The notes under the pieces are model-generated. The model was not told the DNA's origin. It worked only from the letters and a program-made list of their open reading frames with translations, and made no database searches. The position numbers and the translations under genes are program-made. Below, one piece after another: positions 1 through 10,633 of a stretch of DNA of 32,000 bases (its first letter is position 1; the number at the start of each line of letters is the position of its first letter). Origin of the DNA: Cereibacter sphaeroides 2.4.1 (GTDB lineage Bacteria > Pseudomonadota > Alphaproteobacteria > Rhodobacterales > Rhodobacteraceae); the NCBI RefSeq assembly GCF_000012905.2, contig NC_007493.2, forward strand, positions 390,001 to 422,000, given 5' to 3'.

Positions 1-2267
<2,267 letters not shown>

Positions 2268-2488
2268 GCGGTCCTCCTGGCGCCGTGGCGAGGGTTGGGC
2301 TTGTGCTCCGCGCGCGTTTTGCCCCACCGGGCCTGGTCGCGCAAGGGAGATGGCGGTCTTGTATACCGATGTATGCCGAAAATCCAGAGCCCTTCTGCGG
2401 CTTTTTCGCGGGCGAGCCTCGCAAAACCTTGATTGGAACGGCCGAGGCAGGCAGGGCTAGAACGGGATCAGGACATTCGGGAGACTTC

Positions 2489-3196
2489 ATGCAGATGCGA
2501 TGGACGCTCGGCGCTGCTTGCGCCCTTTCTCTGGGCATTGCAGGTGTCGCCCACGGGCAGTCGCAGGCGGGGGTGGTGGTCGAGCTCTTCACCTCGCAGG
2601 GCTGCTCCGCCTGTCCGCCGGCCGATGCCTTCCTCGCCGCGCTGGCCGCCGATCCCCGCGTCATTCCGCTCGCGCTGCATGTGGATTACTGGGACTACAT
2701 CGGCTGGGAGGACCAGTTCGCCGACGCCCGGTTCACGCAGCGCCAGAAATCCTACGCCCGCGCCATCGGCAGCCGCACGATCTACACGCCGCAGATGATC
2801 GTGGGCGGCACCGACCGGGTCGAGGGCAATGCGCCCGAAAAGGTCGCGGCGCTGATCCTCAAGCACATGCAGGCGGCCGAGCGCGTGGGCCTCTGGCTCG
2901 AGCGCGACGGCGACGTGCTGCGCATCCATGCCGAGGCCGACCCGCCGCTCGATGAGGCGGTGCGGGTGCAGCTCGTGCGCTACCGCCCCGAGGAGACGGT
3001 CGCCATCGAGCACGGCGAGAACGAGGGCCGCACGGTCACCTACCGCAACATCGTCACCTCGTGGGAGGTGGTGGGCGACTGGGGCGGTCAGGCGCCGCTG
3101 TCGATCGAGGCCAAGGCCGCAGGCGCCGAGCCGCTGGCGGTGATCCTGCAGAACGAAGGCCCGGGCGCGATCCTCGCCGCCGCAAGCCTGCGCTGA
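2489..3196 (+). CDS. DUF1223-family secreted thioredoxin-fold protein
   Basis: This is the C-terminal 235 codons of track ORF 2285..3196. Start moved to ATG 2489 (MQMRWTLGAACALSLGIAGVAHG, a signal peptide) with GGGAGA at 2478-2483. The motifs ELFTSQGCSACPPAD and HVDYWDYIGWED are typical of DUF1223. Confidence 0.85.
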   Translation: MQMRWTLGAACALSLGIAGVAHGQSQAGVVVELFTSQGCSACPPADAFLAALAADPRVIPLALHVDYWDYIGWEDQFADARFTQRQKSYARAIGSRTIYTPQMIVGGTDRVEGNAPEKVAALILKHMQAAERVGLWLERDGDVLRIHAEADPPLDEAVRVQLVRYRPEETVAIEHGENEGRTVTYRNIVTSWEVVGDWGGQAPLSIEAKAAGAEPLAVILQNEGPGAILAAASLR

Positions 3197-3258
3197 TCGT
3201 TTCTCCGGCGAGAAGTTCCGCTTCCGCGCTTTCAGCCATGCCCGAACGGGGTGACCGC

Positions 3259-3418
3259 AAGGCCGCCCTATGCTCCGTCACGCGCGGCGACGCAGGAGGC
3301 AGAGACGGAGGCTCCGGGCCCCGCCTTCAACCACGCCAGACAGGGAGAGCAAGCCCGCGCTGCGCTTCCGTCACGCGAGGCGGCGCAGGAGGCGGAGGCC
3401 GAGGCTCTGGGCCGCGCC
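3259..3418. repeat. Imperfect direct duplication: copy 1 at 3259-3325, copy 2 at 3351-3418, offset 92-93 nt
   Basis: The core 52-mers 3274-3325 and 3367-3418 are 45/52 identical by hand alignment (tccgtcacgcgNggcgNcgcaggaggc...). Weaker similarity extends ~15 nt upstream. Copy 2 encodes the last 15 codons plus the stop of the minus-strand gene 3371..4429. Copy 1 lies in the downstream intergenic spacer. Confidence 0.75.
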
Positions 3419-4429
3419 CAAGAGCAGGGCTGTCGCGGAGGCGAGAAGCGCCGCGAGGCTTGCCATCAGCGCCCGGGCGGCCTCGGACCAGCGCAGCGTC
3501 GCGCGCAGGAAGCGGGTCTTTCCCAGCATCTCGACCCGGACCACCGTCCGCGGCCCCAGAGCCTCGGCGGCGGCGGCGAAGCGGCGGGCATCGGCCGCGT
3601 CGTCGACATGGCGCAGCAGATGCAGCGTCTGTGCGGGCGGCAGGCGCGCGCCGATCCGGCCCAGACCCTCCGCCACCTCTGCCATCGGCCTGAGCGCCTC
3701 GGGCCGCAGCAGACCCGCCATGTCGCCGGTCGAGCGGACGGCCGGCAGCCGCGCCCAGTCCACCGCCGTGGCGGCGGTGCGGGTCACGAGCCGGGCGAGC
3801 GGCGGCGAGAGAAGCCGCATCCGGTGCGCCATCCGCAGAAGGCCCGCCCCCACCTTCACCGTGGCAGAGCTGCCGCCCGAGACCAGCACCGCCGCCGTGG
3901 CCCCGAGGCCCACCGTGGAGAGAGTGAGATCCACCCGGTCGACCTCGGCGCCGCTGGCCCAGGCCTGACCGGCGCGCGCCAGCCCCGCCACATCGCCTGC
4001 GGGCGTCAGCACCATGGGCGCCTGACAGAGAAGCTCGGCCGAGAGGCTGCAGGAGGCCGCGTCCCAGAGGCAGGCGAGGCAGCCCGCGGCATCCTCCCAC
4101 AGCGTCTCCTCGCGCAGCTCTTCGAGACGGGCGGCGGTGTCGGGGGGCAGGGTCAGGCCCTGTTCCGCCGCCAGCTCCGCCAGCGCCTCGACGGCCACGG
4201 GGTTCGGCGGTTCCTCGGCCAGCCGCTCTGCGAGCCGGGCGAGGATCGCCTCAGGCGGAGCATGGCGGGCCATGGCCCGGTCCGAGGCGGCGCGGATCTC
4301 GTCCGCCGCCGCCTCGGTGAAGGGCGTGAGCGCGGGGTCGCGGGCGATCCGCGCAGCCGTGAGGCCGGTCGCCGCGAGCGAGCCCATCAGCGAAAGGCCG
4401 AGGACCGCCCGGGCGAGCCGCCGGATCAT
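3371..4429 (-). CDS. Hypothetical membrane-anchored protein (352 aa), translationally coupled to trpS
   Basis: Track ORF 3371..4429. Its ATG overlaps the trpS stop as ATGA (4429-4426). Third-position G/C bias is strong and typical of the host. It has a hydrophobic N-terminus ([19 protein letters not shown]), a hydrophobic C-terminus ([21 protein letters not shown]) and a Cys cluster [20 protein letters not shown] recognise no family. Confidence 0.7.
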   Translation of the reverse strand: MIRRLARAVLGLSLMGSLAATGLTAARIARDPALTPFTEAAADEIRAASDRAMARHAPPEAILARLAERLAEEPPNPVAVEALAELAAEQGLTLPPDTAARLEELREETLWEDAAGCLACLWDAASCSLSAELLCQAPMVLTPAGDVAGLARAGQAWASGAEVDRVDLTLSTVGLGATAAVLVSGGSSATVKVGAGLLRMAHRMRLLSPPLARLVTRTAATAVDWARLPAVRSTGDMAGLLRPEALRPMAEVAEGLGRIGARLPPAQTLHLLRHVDDAADARRFAAAAEALGPRTVVRVEMLGKTRFLRATLRWSEAARALMASLAALLASATALLLGAAQSLGLRLLRRLA

Positions 4430-5469
4430 CTGCGCCGCGAGCGGATCATGCCGACGATGTCATGGACCTCGTCGAGCACCGGCCGGGCCAGCGCCTCGGC
4501 CCGGTCCGCGCCGTCGCCGAGGATGCGGTCGATCTCGGCGGGATCGGCCATCAGCCGGTTCATCTCGTCGCTGATCGGCGCCATGACCGACACGGCGAGC
4601 TCGGCCAGTTTCGGCTTGAACGAGCCGAACTGCGCGCCCGCGAACTCGGCCACCACCGCCTCGGGCGTGGAGCGCGAGAGGGCGGCATAGATGTTCACGA
4701 GGTTGCGCGCCTCGGGCCGCTCCTTCAGCCCCTCGATGCTGTCGGGCAGAGGCTCGGGGTCGGTCTTGGCCTTGCGGATCTTCTGGGTGATCGTGTCGGC
4801 ATCGTCGGTCATGTTGATCCGGCTCTGGTCGGACGGATCGGACTTCGACATCTTCTTCGTGCCGTCCCGGAGGCTCATGACGCGGGTCGCCACGCCCTCG
4901 ATCACGGGCTCGGTCACCGGGAAGAAATTCACGCCGAAGTCGTTGTTGAACTTGATCGCGATGTCGCGGGTCAGCTCCACATGCTGTTTCTGATCCTCGC
5001 CCACCGGCACATGGGTCGCGCGATAGGCAAGGATGTCCGCCGCCATCAGCGCGGGATAGGCGAAGAGGCCCAGCGAGGCCGCCTCGGCATTCTTGCCCGC
5101 CTTGTCCTTCCACTGCGTCATGCGGTTCATCCAGCCCATGCGGGCCACGCAGTTGAAGATCCAGGCCAGCTCGGCATGGGCCGTGACCTGGCTCTGGTTG
5201 AAGAGGATCGAGCGCACCGGATCGACGCCTGCGGCAAGGAAGGCGGCGGCGATCTCGCGGGTCTGCTGGCGCAGCTTCGCGGGGTCCTGCCAGACGGTGA
5301 TGGCATGCATGTCGACGACACAATAGATGGTCTCGACCCCGTCCTTCTGCATCTCGGCAAAGCGCTTCAGCGCGCCGAGATAGTTGCCCAGCGTCAGCCC
5401 ACCGGAGGGCTGGATGCCGGAGAAGACCCGGGTGGGGAAGACCTGAGGCGTTTGGACCGGCTCGGTCAT
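4426..5469 (-). CDS. trpS: Tryptophan--tRNA ligase
   Basis: Track ORF 4426..5499. It carries class I aaRS TrpS hallmarks: [18 protein letters not shown] (HIGH region equivalent) and KMSKS. I prefer ATG 5469 (MTEPVQ...) with GGAG 6 nt upstream over the track start at 5499, but either is possible. Confidence 0.93.
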   Translation of the reverse strand: MTEPVQTPQVFPTRVFSGIQPSGGLTLGNYLGALKRFAEMQKDGVETIYCVVDMHAITVWQDPAKLRQQTREIAAAFLAAGVDPVRSILFNQSQVTAHAELAWIFNCVARMGWMNRMTQWKDKAGKNAEAASLGLFAYPALMAADILAYRATHVPVGEDQKQHVELTRDIAIKFNNDFGVNFFPVTEPVIEGVATRVMSLRDGTKKMSKSDPSDQSRINMTDDADTITQKIRKAKTDPEPLPDSIEGLKERPEARNLVNIYAALSRSTPEAVVAEFAGAQFGSFKPKLAELAVSVMAPISDEMNRLMADPAEIDRILGDGADRAEALARPVLDEVHDIVGMIRSRRR

Positions 5470-5520
5470 GGTTGGCTCCGTCTGGTAAAAGGGTGCCATT
5501 GGCCTTATCCCCCGGGACAG

Positions 5521-5541
5521 GGGCCGTCAATGTGACGGCCC
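5521..5541. promoter_or_regulatory. Perfect 9-bp inverted repeat GGGCCGTCA-atg-TGACGGCCC in the trpS/rhomboid divergent spacer
   Basis: Read directly from the sequence. It lies 20 nt upstream of ATG 5561 and 52 nt upstream of the trpS start. It could be an operator or a leader hairpin. No known motif is assigned. Confidence 0.3.
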
Positions 5542-5560
5542 GCGCCAGACGGGGTGCCCC

Positions 5561-6247
5561 ATGCGTGACAATTACAATGCCTCGCCGGTCAATCCGATGC
5601 CGGCGGTGGTCTGGTTGCTGGCCCTGCCGATCGTCGCCATGGAGGCGGTGGTGGCGCTCGGCGCGAGCGGGATCGTGGGCGGCGGCGCGGGCGCGGGCTG
5701 GCGGCTCGACGCCTGGCAGCGGTTCGCCTTCTCGCCCGACCTCATGCGGGCGATGCTCGAGACCCACACCTATCCCTGGCAGGGGATGATCCGGCTGGTC
5801 TCCTATCCGCTGGTCCATGCCACCTTTCTCCATGCGCTGATGGCGGTGGTGATCCTGCTCGCGCTCGGCAAGATGGTGGGCGAGGTGTTCCGGCCCTGGG
5901 CGGTGGCGGCGGTCTTTCTCGGTGCCGCCGTTGTCGGGGCGCTGGCCTATGCGGCGATCCCGGGCGTGCGGGCGCCGCTGATCGGCGCCTATCCGGCCGA
6001 TTACGGGCTGGTGGGGGCCTTCACCTTCCTGATCTGGACGCGTCTTGCCGCGACGGGGGGCAACCAGTACCGCGCCTTCTCGCTGATCGGGATGCTGCTC
6101 GGCATCCAGCTTCTGTTCGGGCTCTTCTTCGGCGGCGGCTACGAATGGGTGGCCGATCTCGCGGGCTTCGCGACGGGGTTCCTGCTGTCCTTTGCCGTCA
6201 GCCCCGGCGGCTGGGCGCGGGTGAAGGAGAAGCTGCGCCGTCGCTGA
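5561..6247 (+). CDS. Rhomboid-fold polytopic membrane protein lacking the catalytic Ser/His dyad (putative pseudoprotease)
   Basis: Track ORF 5561..6247. It aligns by eye to E. coli GlpG TM2, TM4 and TM6. [27 protein letters not shown] matches [40 protein letters not shown] matches [25 protein letters not shown] matches NGAHIAGLAVGL. Confidence 0.85.
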   Translation: [228 protein letters not shown]

Positions 6248-6250
6248 GAC

Positions 6251-6274
6251 CCTCCCGGCCCTCTCTGCCGGAGG
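6251..6274. terminator. Short GC stem-loop between the convergent rhomboid-like and murJ genes
   Basis: cctcccggc / cctctct / gccggagg forms 8 bp with one bulged C. It fills most of the 31-nt convergent spacer. There is no U-tract on either strand, so the assignment is weak. Confidence 0.3.
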
Positions 6275-6278
6275 CCGC

Positions 6279-7820
6279 TCAGGCGCGGCGGCGGAGCGAC
6301 CGGAGATCCGAGAGGCGGAAGGCGCCGATGGCCGCGCCCGCGCCGAAGTAGCTCGCGATCCCCGCGGCCACGAGGGCGGCCAGACCGGGATAGCGCCATC
6401 CCGGCTCGGAGAGGAGCGGCTCGAGAAGCCCGGTCGCGCCAAAGAGCACCAGTCCCATGAACAGCGCGGCCACCACGATCCGCGGCAGCCGCGCGCGCAG
6501 CCGCTCGTCGAGGCGGCTTGCTGCGCCCATCCCGCGCGAGCCCGCCCAGAGCTGCCAGACCATGACCCAGCCCGAGACCGTGGTGGCGAGGGCGGCGGCG
6601 AGGAAGCCCATGACCGGCATCAGCCCGATGGCGAAGGCGAGGTTCACGACCATCGAGACGACCGCATAATGGAACGGCCGCCGCGTGTCCTCGCGCGCGT
6701 AGTAAAGCGGCTGCAGCACCTTGTGGAGCACGAAGGCCGGCAGCCCCAGCCCGTAGGCGCCGAGCGCCAGCGCGGTGTTCCAGGCGTCCTCCGGTCCGAA
6801 GGCGCCGCGCTGGAACAGCACCTGCGTGAGCGGCAGGGCGATCACCACCAGCGCCACGGCGGCGGGCACCGTCAGCATCAGCGCGAATTCCGTGCCGCGG
6901 TTGAACGAGGCGCGGCTTCCGGCCTCGTCCCCAGCCCGCAGCCGGCGCGAGAGGTCGGGCAGCAGCACCGTGCCGATGGCGATGCCCACGACGCCCAGCG
7001 GCAGCTGATAGAGCCGGTCGGCATAGGAGAGCCAGGCCACCGCGCCTTCGGTGAAGCTCGCGACCTGACGGCCGACGAGGAGGTTCACCTGCACCACGCC
7101 CCCCGCCAGCACGGCCGGGGCCGCGATCACGGCCAGACGCTTCAGGTCCGGCGTCAGCCGCGGCAGATGCGGCCAGAGGGTGAAGCCCAGCCGCCGCGCC
7201 GCAAACCAGGTGAAGAGGAACTGCGCCACCCCCGTCACCGGCACCGTCCAGGCAAGCGTCAGGCCCATGTCCCAGCCCTGCCGGTCGGCGATCAGCATGG
7301 CGGCGATGAACATGAGGTTCATCAGCACCGGCACGAAGCTCGCCTCGGTGAAGCGGCCGAAGGCATTGAGCACCCCCGACAGAAGCGCCACCAGCGAGAT
7401 GAAGAAGATGTAGGAAAAGGCGATGCGCCCGAACTCGACCGCGAGGTCGAAGCGTGCGTCGCCCGCAAAGCCCGAGGCCATGGCAAGGACGAGCCACGGC
7501 ATGAGCAGCGTGCCGAGAAGCGTGAAGACCACGAGGATCCCGGCCAGCCCCGAGAAGGCGTCGCGGGCGAAGGCCTTGGCATCCTCATGACCTTCCAGCT
7601 TCTTCGCGAACATCGGCACGAAGGCCATGTTGAAGGCGCCCTCGGCGAAGAAGCGGCGGAACATGTTGGGCAGCGAGAAGGCCACGAGGAAGGCCTCGGC
7701 CACCGGGCCCGCGCCCAGATAGGCCGCCATCATCACGTCGCGGGCAAAGCCCGCACCGCGGCTGAGCAGCGTCCAGCCGCCGACCGTCAGGAACCCGCGG
7801 GCGAGAGAGATCGGCTTCAC
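6279..7820 (-). CDS. murJ: Lipid II flippase MurJ (MviN)
   Basis: This is the C-terminal 513 codons of track ORF 6279..8549. The GTG start at 7820 (VKPISLARGFLTVGGWTLLSRGAGFARDVMMAAYLGAGPVAEAFLVAFSLPNMFRRFFAEGAFNMAFVPMF, the classic MurJ N-terminus) overlaps the glnD stop as GTGA (7820-7817). Confidence 0.9.
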   Translation of the reverse strand: MKPISLARGFLTVGGWTLLSRGAGFARDVMMAAYLGAGPVAEAFLVAFSLPNMFRRFFAEGAFNMAFVPMFAKKLEGHEDAKAFARDAFSGLAGILVVFTLLGTLLMPWLVLAMASGFAGDARFDLAVEFGRIAFSYIFFISLVALLSGVLNAFGRFTEASFVPVLMNLMFIAAMLIADRQGWDMGLTLAWTVPVTGVAQFLFTWFAARRLGFTLWPHLPRLTPDLKRLAVIAAPAVLAGGVVQVNLLVGRQVASFTEGAVAWLSYADRLYQLPLGVVGIAIGTVLLPDLSRRLRAGDEAGSRASFNRGTEFALMLTVPAAVALVVIALPLTQVLFQRGAFGPEDAWNTALALGAYGLGLPAFVLHKVLQPLYYAREDTRRPFHYAVVSMVVNLAFAIGLMPVMGFLAAALATTVSGWVMVWQLWAGSRGMGAASRLDERLRARLPRIVVAALFMGLVLFGATGLLEPLLSEPGWRYPGLAALVAAGIASYFGAGAAIGAFRLSDLRSLRRRA

Positions 7821-10633
7821 TGCTTTGCCCGCTCCGCGCCTTCGACGATCGCCTGACGGAGCTTCTTCTCCAGCGTCTCCTGCCGGTTCTTCTGGTGCAG
7901 CTTCAAGCCGAACATGTCCTTCACATAGAAGCTGTCCACGACCTGCGCCCCGTAGGTCGCGATCACGGCAGAGGCGATGTAGATGTTGTTGGCAGCCAGC
8001 GTCCGCGTCAGGTCGTAGAGCAGGCCCGGGCGGTCGCGGGTGTCGACCTCGATGATCGTGTAGATATCCGACCCCTCGTTGTCGAAGGCGATATGGGTCG
8101 GGAAGCGGAACTGCGCCTCGCGCTTCTTCAGCTTGTCGCGGTCCTTCAGCGCCTCGCGGGCCACGACCTCGCCCTTCAGCGTCTTGTCGATCATGCTGGT
8201 CAGGCGGGGCAGGCGGCTGATCTCGTAGGGCGAGCCCTCGGAATCCTGGATCCAGAAGACGGCGGTCGCATAGCCGTCCTTGGTCGTGTAGGTCCGCGCA
8301 TCGACGACATTGGCGCCCACCAGCGCCAGCGCCCCCGCAAGCCGCGAGAAGATGCCCGGATGGTCGGCCAGCGCGAAGCAGGCGCGGGTGGCGTCGCGGT
8401 CGGGATCGGGGTCGAGGTCGATGCGGATCTCGGTTTCGCCCAGGCCCCGCAGCATCCGCGCGAAGACCGCATGCGTCGCGTTCGACAGCGCCTGCCAGTA
8501 GGGGGGATAGTGGCGCGCGAGCTCTGCCCGCAGATCCTTCGGATCCCACTCCTCGAGCAGTTCGCGCAGGGCGCGCTTGGCCTCGTCGGCGCGGTTCTCG
8601 CGGTTCAGGCTCTCGAGGCCTGCATCGAGCGCCGTCACCGTGTCGCGGTAGAGCTTGCGCAGAAGCTGCGCCTTCCAGTTGTTCCAGGTGCCGGGCCCCA
8701 CGCCGCGGATGTCGCAGACGGTCAGCACGGTCAGCAGGTCGAGCCGCTTCTTCGACCGCACCGCCTTGGCGAAGTCGCGCACCGTCCGCGGGTCGCCGAT
8801 GTCACGCTTCTGCGCCATGTCGGACATGAGCAGGTGGTAGCGCACCAGCCATTCCACCGTCTCGCATTCCTCGGCGGTCAGGCCGAAGCGGGGTGCCACG
8901 CGGCGGGCGATCTGGGCGCCGAGGATCGAATGATCCTCGGGCCGGCCCTTGCCGATGTCATGCAGGAGCAGCGCCACATAGATCACGCGGCGGCTGATCC
9001 CGTCGGTCAGGATCCGGTTGGCGATGGGCAGCTCTTCATCCAGCTCGTGCCGCTCGATCTGGGCCAGCGTCGAGATGCACTGGATGGTGTGCTCGTCCAC
9101 CGTGTAGTGGTGGTAGACGTTGAACTGCATCATCGCCACGATGCGCTCGAACTCGGGGATGAAGGCGCCGAGCACGCCCAGTTCGTTCATCCGGCGCAGC
9201 GCCCGTTCGGGATTGCCGTGGCGCAGCAGCATGTCGAGGAAGATCCGGTTCGCCTCGCGGTCGTGCTGCATCTCCTCGTCGATCAGGTGCAGGTTGGCCG
9301 CGATCAGCCGCATGGCGCCCGGATGGATCAGGAAGCCCGTGCGCAGCGCCTCCTCGAAGATGCGCAGCAGGTTCAGCTTGTCGGCGAGGAAGGCCTTGGG
9401 ATCGAGCACGTCGATGCGGCCGTTCACGAGGCTGTACTCTGGCTTCAGCCGCTTCTTGCGCCGGAAGAGGCCCATGATCTTGGGTTCGCGCTTCTCGTGG
9501 CGCGCCTCGAGCTGCGCGAGGAAGACGCGGGTCAGCTCTCCCACGCGGGTGGCGTGGCGGAAATAATCCTGCATGAAGACCTCGACCCCGCGGCGGCCGC
9601 GGGTGTCGGCATAGCCCATGCGCGCGGCCACCTCGACCTGCAGATCGAAGGTCAGCTGGTCGGTCGCGCGGCCGGTGGCGTAATGCAGGTGGCAGCGCAC
9701 GGCCCAGAGGAAGGACTCGGCCCGCTCGAAGGTCTCGAACTCGTCCCGCGTGAGCAGGCCCGCCGCCACGAGGCCGGAGGGCGAGGGGACGCGGTTGAGA
9801 TATTTCCCGATCCAGTAGAGCGTCTGCAGGTCGCGCAGCCCGCCCTTGCCCTCCTTCACGTTGGGCTCGAGCACATAGCGCTGGCCGCCCTGCCGCTTGT
9901 GGCGCTGGCCGCGCTCCTCGAGCTTGGCGTCGATGAACTCCGCGCCCGTGCCGCGGAACAGGTCGTTCCAGAGCGTCTCGTCGAGCTCGGCCGCGAGCGG
10001 CGCGTGCCCCGCAAGGAAGCGATGTTCGAGGAGCGCCGTGCGGATGGTGATGTCCTCGCGCCCGAGGCGCAGGCAGTCCTTCACCGTGCGGCTCGAATGG
10101 CCGACCTTCAGCCGCAGGTCCCAGAGCATGTAGAGCATGCTCTCGATGACCATCTCGGCCCAGGGCGTGATCTTCCACGGGGTAAGGAAGAGCAGGTCCA
10201 CGTCGGAATGGGGTGCCATCTCGGCCCGGCCGTAGCCGCCCACCGCGAGGACAGCGATGCGCTCGGCCTCGGTGGGGTTGGCCAGCGGGTGCAGCCGCTC
10301 GCAGGCCACGCGCAGTGCGGCGGTCACGAGCCCGTCGGTCAGCGCGGCCTGCGCGCGGATCAGACCGCGCGCCTCGCGCGGGCGGGCTTCGAACGTCTCG
10401 GAGAGGGCGCGGTTGCCCGCAGCCTTCGCCTCCGTCATCTGGCGCACGGCGATGGCGCGGGCGGACTTGGGGTCGAGCGGACCGGCCGCGTCGATCTCGG
10501 CCAGGATGCTGCGCGTCAGCGCCTCTGCGTCGAGAATGCGGGAGCGGGGCAGGATCAGCCCCGAGAAGAGCGGATCCTGCGCGGGGCCGGCCTCAGAAGC
10601 CGGCGCCACCGAAGCTTCGCGGCGCGGGGTCAA
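7817..10633 (-). CDS. glnD: [Protein-PII] uridylyltransferase / uridylyl-removing enzyme GlnD
   Basis: Track ORF, 938 aa. It has a nucleotidyltransferase region (GGYGRAEMAPHSDVDLLFL), an HD domain (LLLHDIGKGRPEDHS) and two C-terminal ACT-like repeats. The start codon at 10633 is TTG, preceded by AGGTGG 6 nt upstream. An alternative GTG lies at 10609. Confidence 0.92.
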   Translation of the reverse strand: MTPRREASVAPASEAGPAQDPLFSGLILPRSRILDAEALTRSILAEIDAAGPLDPKSARAIAVRQMTEAKAAGNRALSETFEARPREARGLIRAQAALTDGLVTAALRVACERLHPLANPTEAERIAVLAVGGYGRAEMAPHSDVDLLFLTPWKITPWAEMVIESMLYMLWDLRLKVGHSSRTVKDCLRLGREDITIRTALLEHRFLAGHAPLAAELDETLWNDLFRGTGAEFIDAKLEERGQRHKRQGGQRYVLEPNVKEGKGGLRDLQTLYWIGKYLNRVPSPSGLVAAGLLTRDEFETFERAESFLWAVRCHLHYATGRATDQLTFDLQVEVAARMGYADTRGRRGVEVFMQDYFRHATRVGELTRVFLAQLEARHEKREPKIMGLFRRKKRLKPEYSLVNGRIDVLDPKAFLADKLNLLRIFEEALRTGFLIHPGAMRLIAANLHLIDEEMQHDREANRIFLDMLLRHGNPERALRRMNELGVLGAFIPEFERIVAMMQFNVYHHYTVDEHTIQCISTLAQIERHELDEELPIANRILTDGISRRVIYVALLLHDIGKGRPEDHSILGAQIARRVAPRFGLTAEECETVEWLVRYHLLMSDMAQKRDIGDPRTVRDFAKAVRSKKRLDLLTVLTVCDIRGVGPGTWNNWKAQLLRKLYRDTVTALDAGLESLNRENRADEAKRALRELLEEWDPKDLRAELARHYPPYWQALSNATHAVFARMLRGLGETEIRIDLDPDPDRDATRACFALADHPGIFSRLAGALALVGANVVDARTYTTKDGYATAVFWIQDSEGSPYEISRLPRLTSMIDKTLKGEVVAREALKDRDKLKKREAQFRFPTHIAFDNEGSDIYTIIEVDTRDRPGLLYDLTRTLAANNIYIASAVIATYGAQVVDSFYVKDMFGLKLHQKNRQETLEKKLRQAIVEGAERAKQ

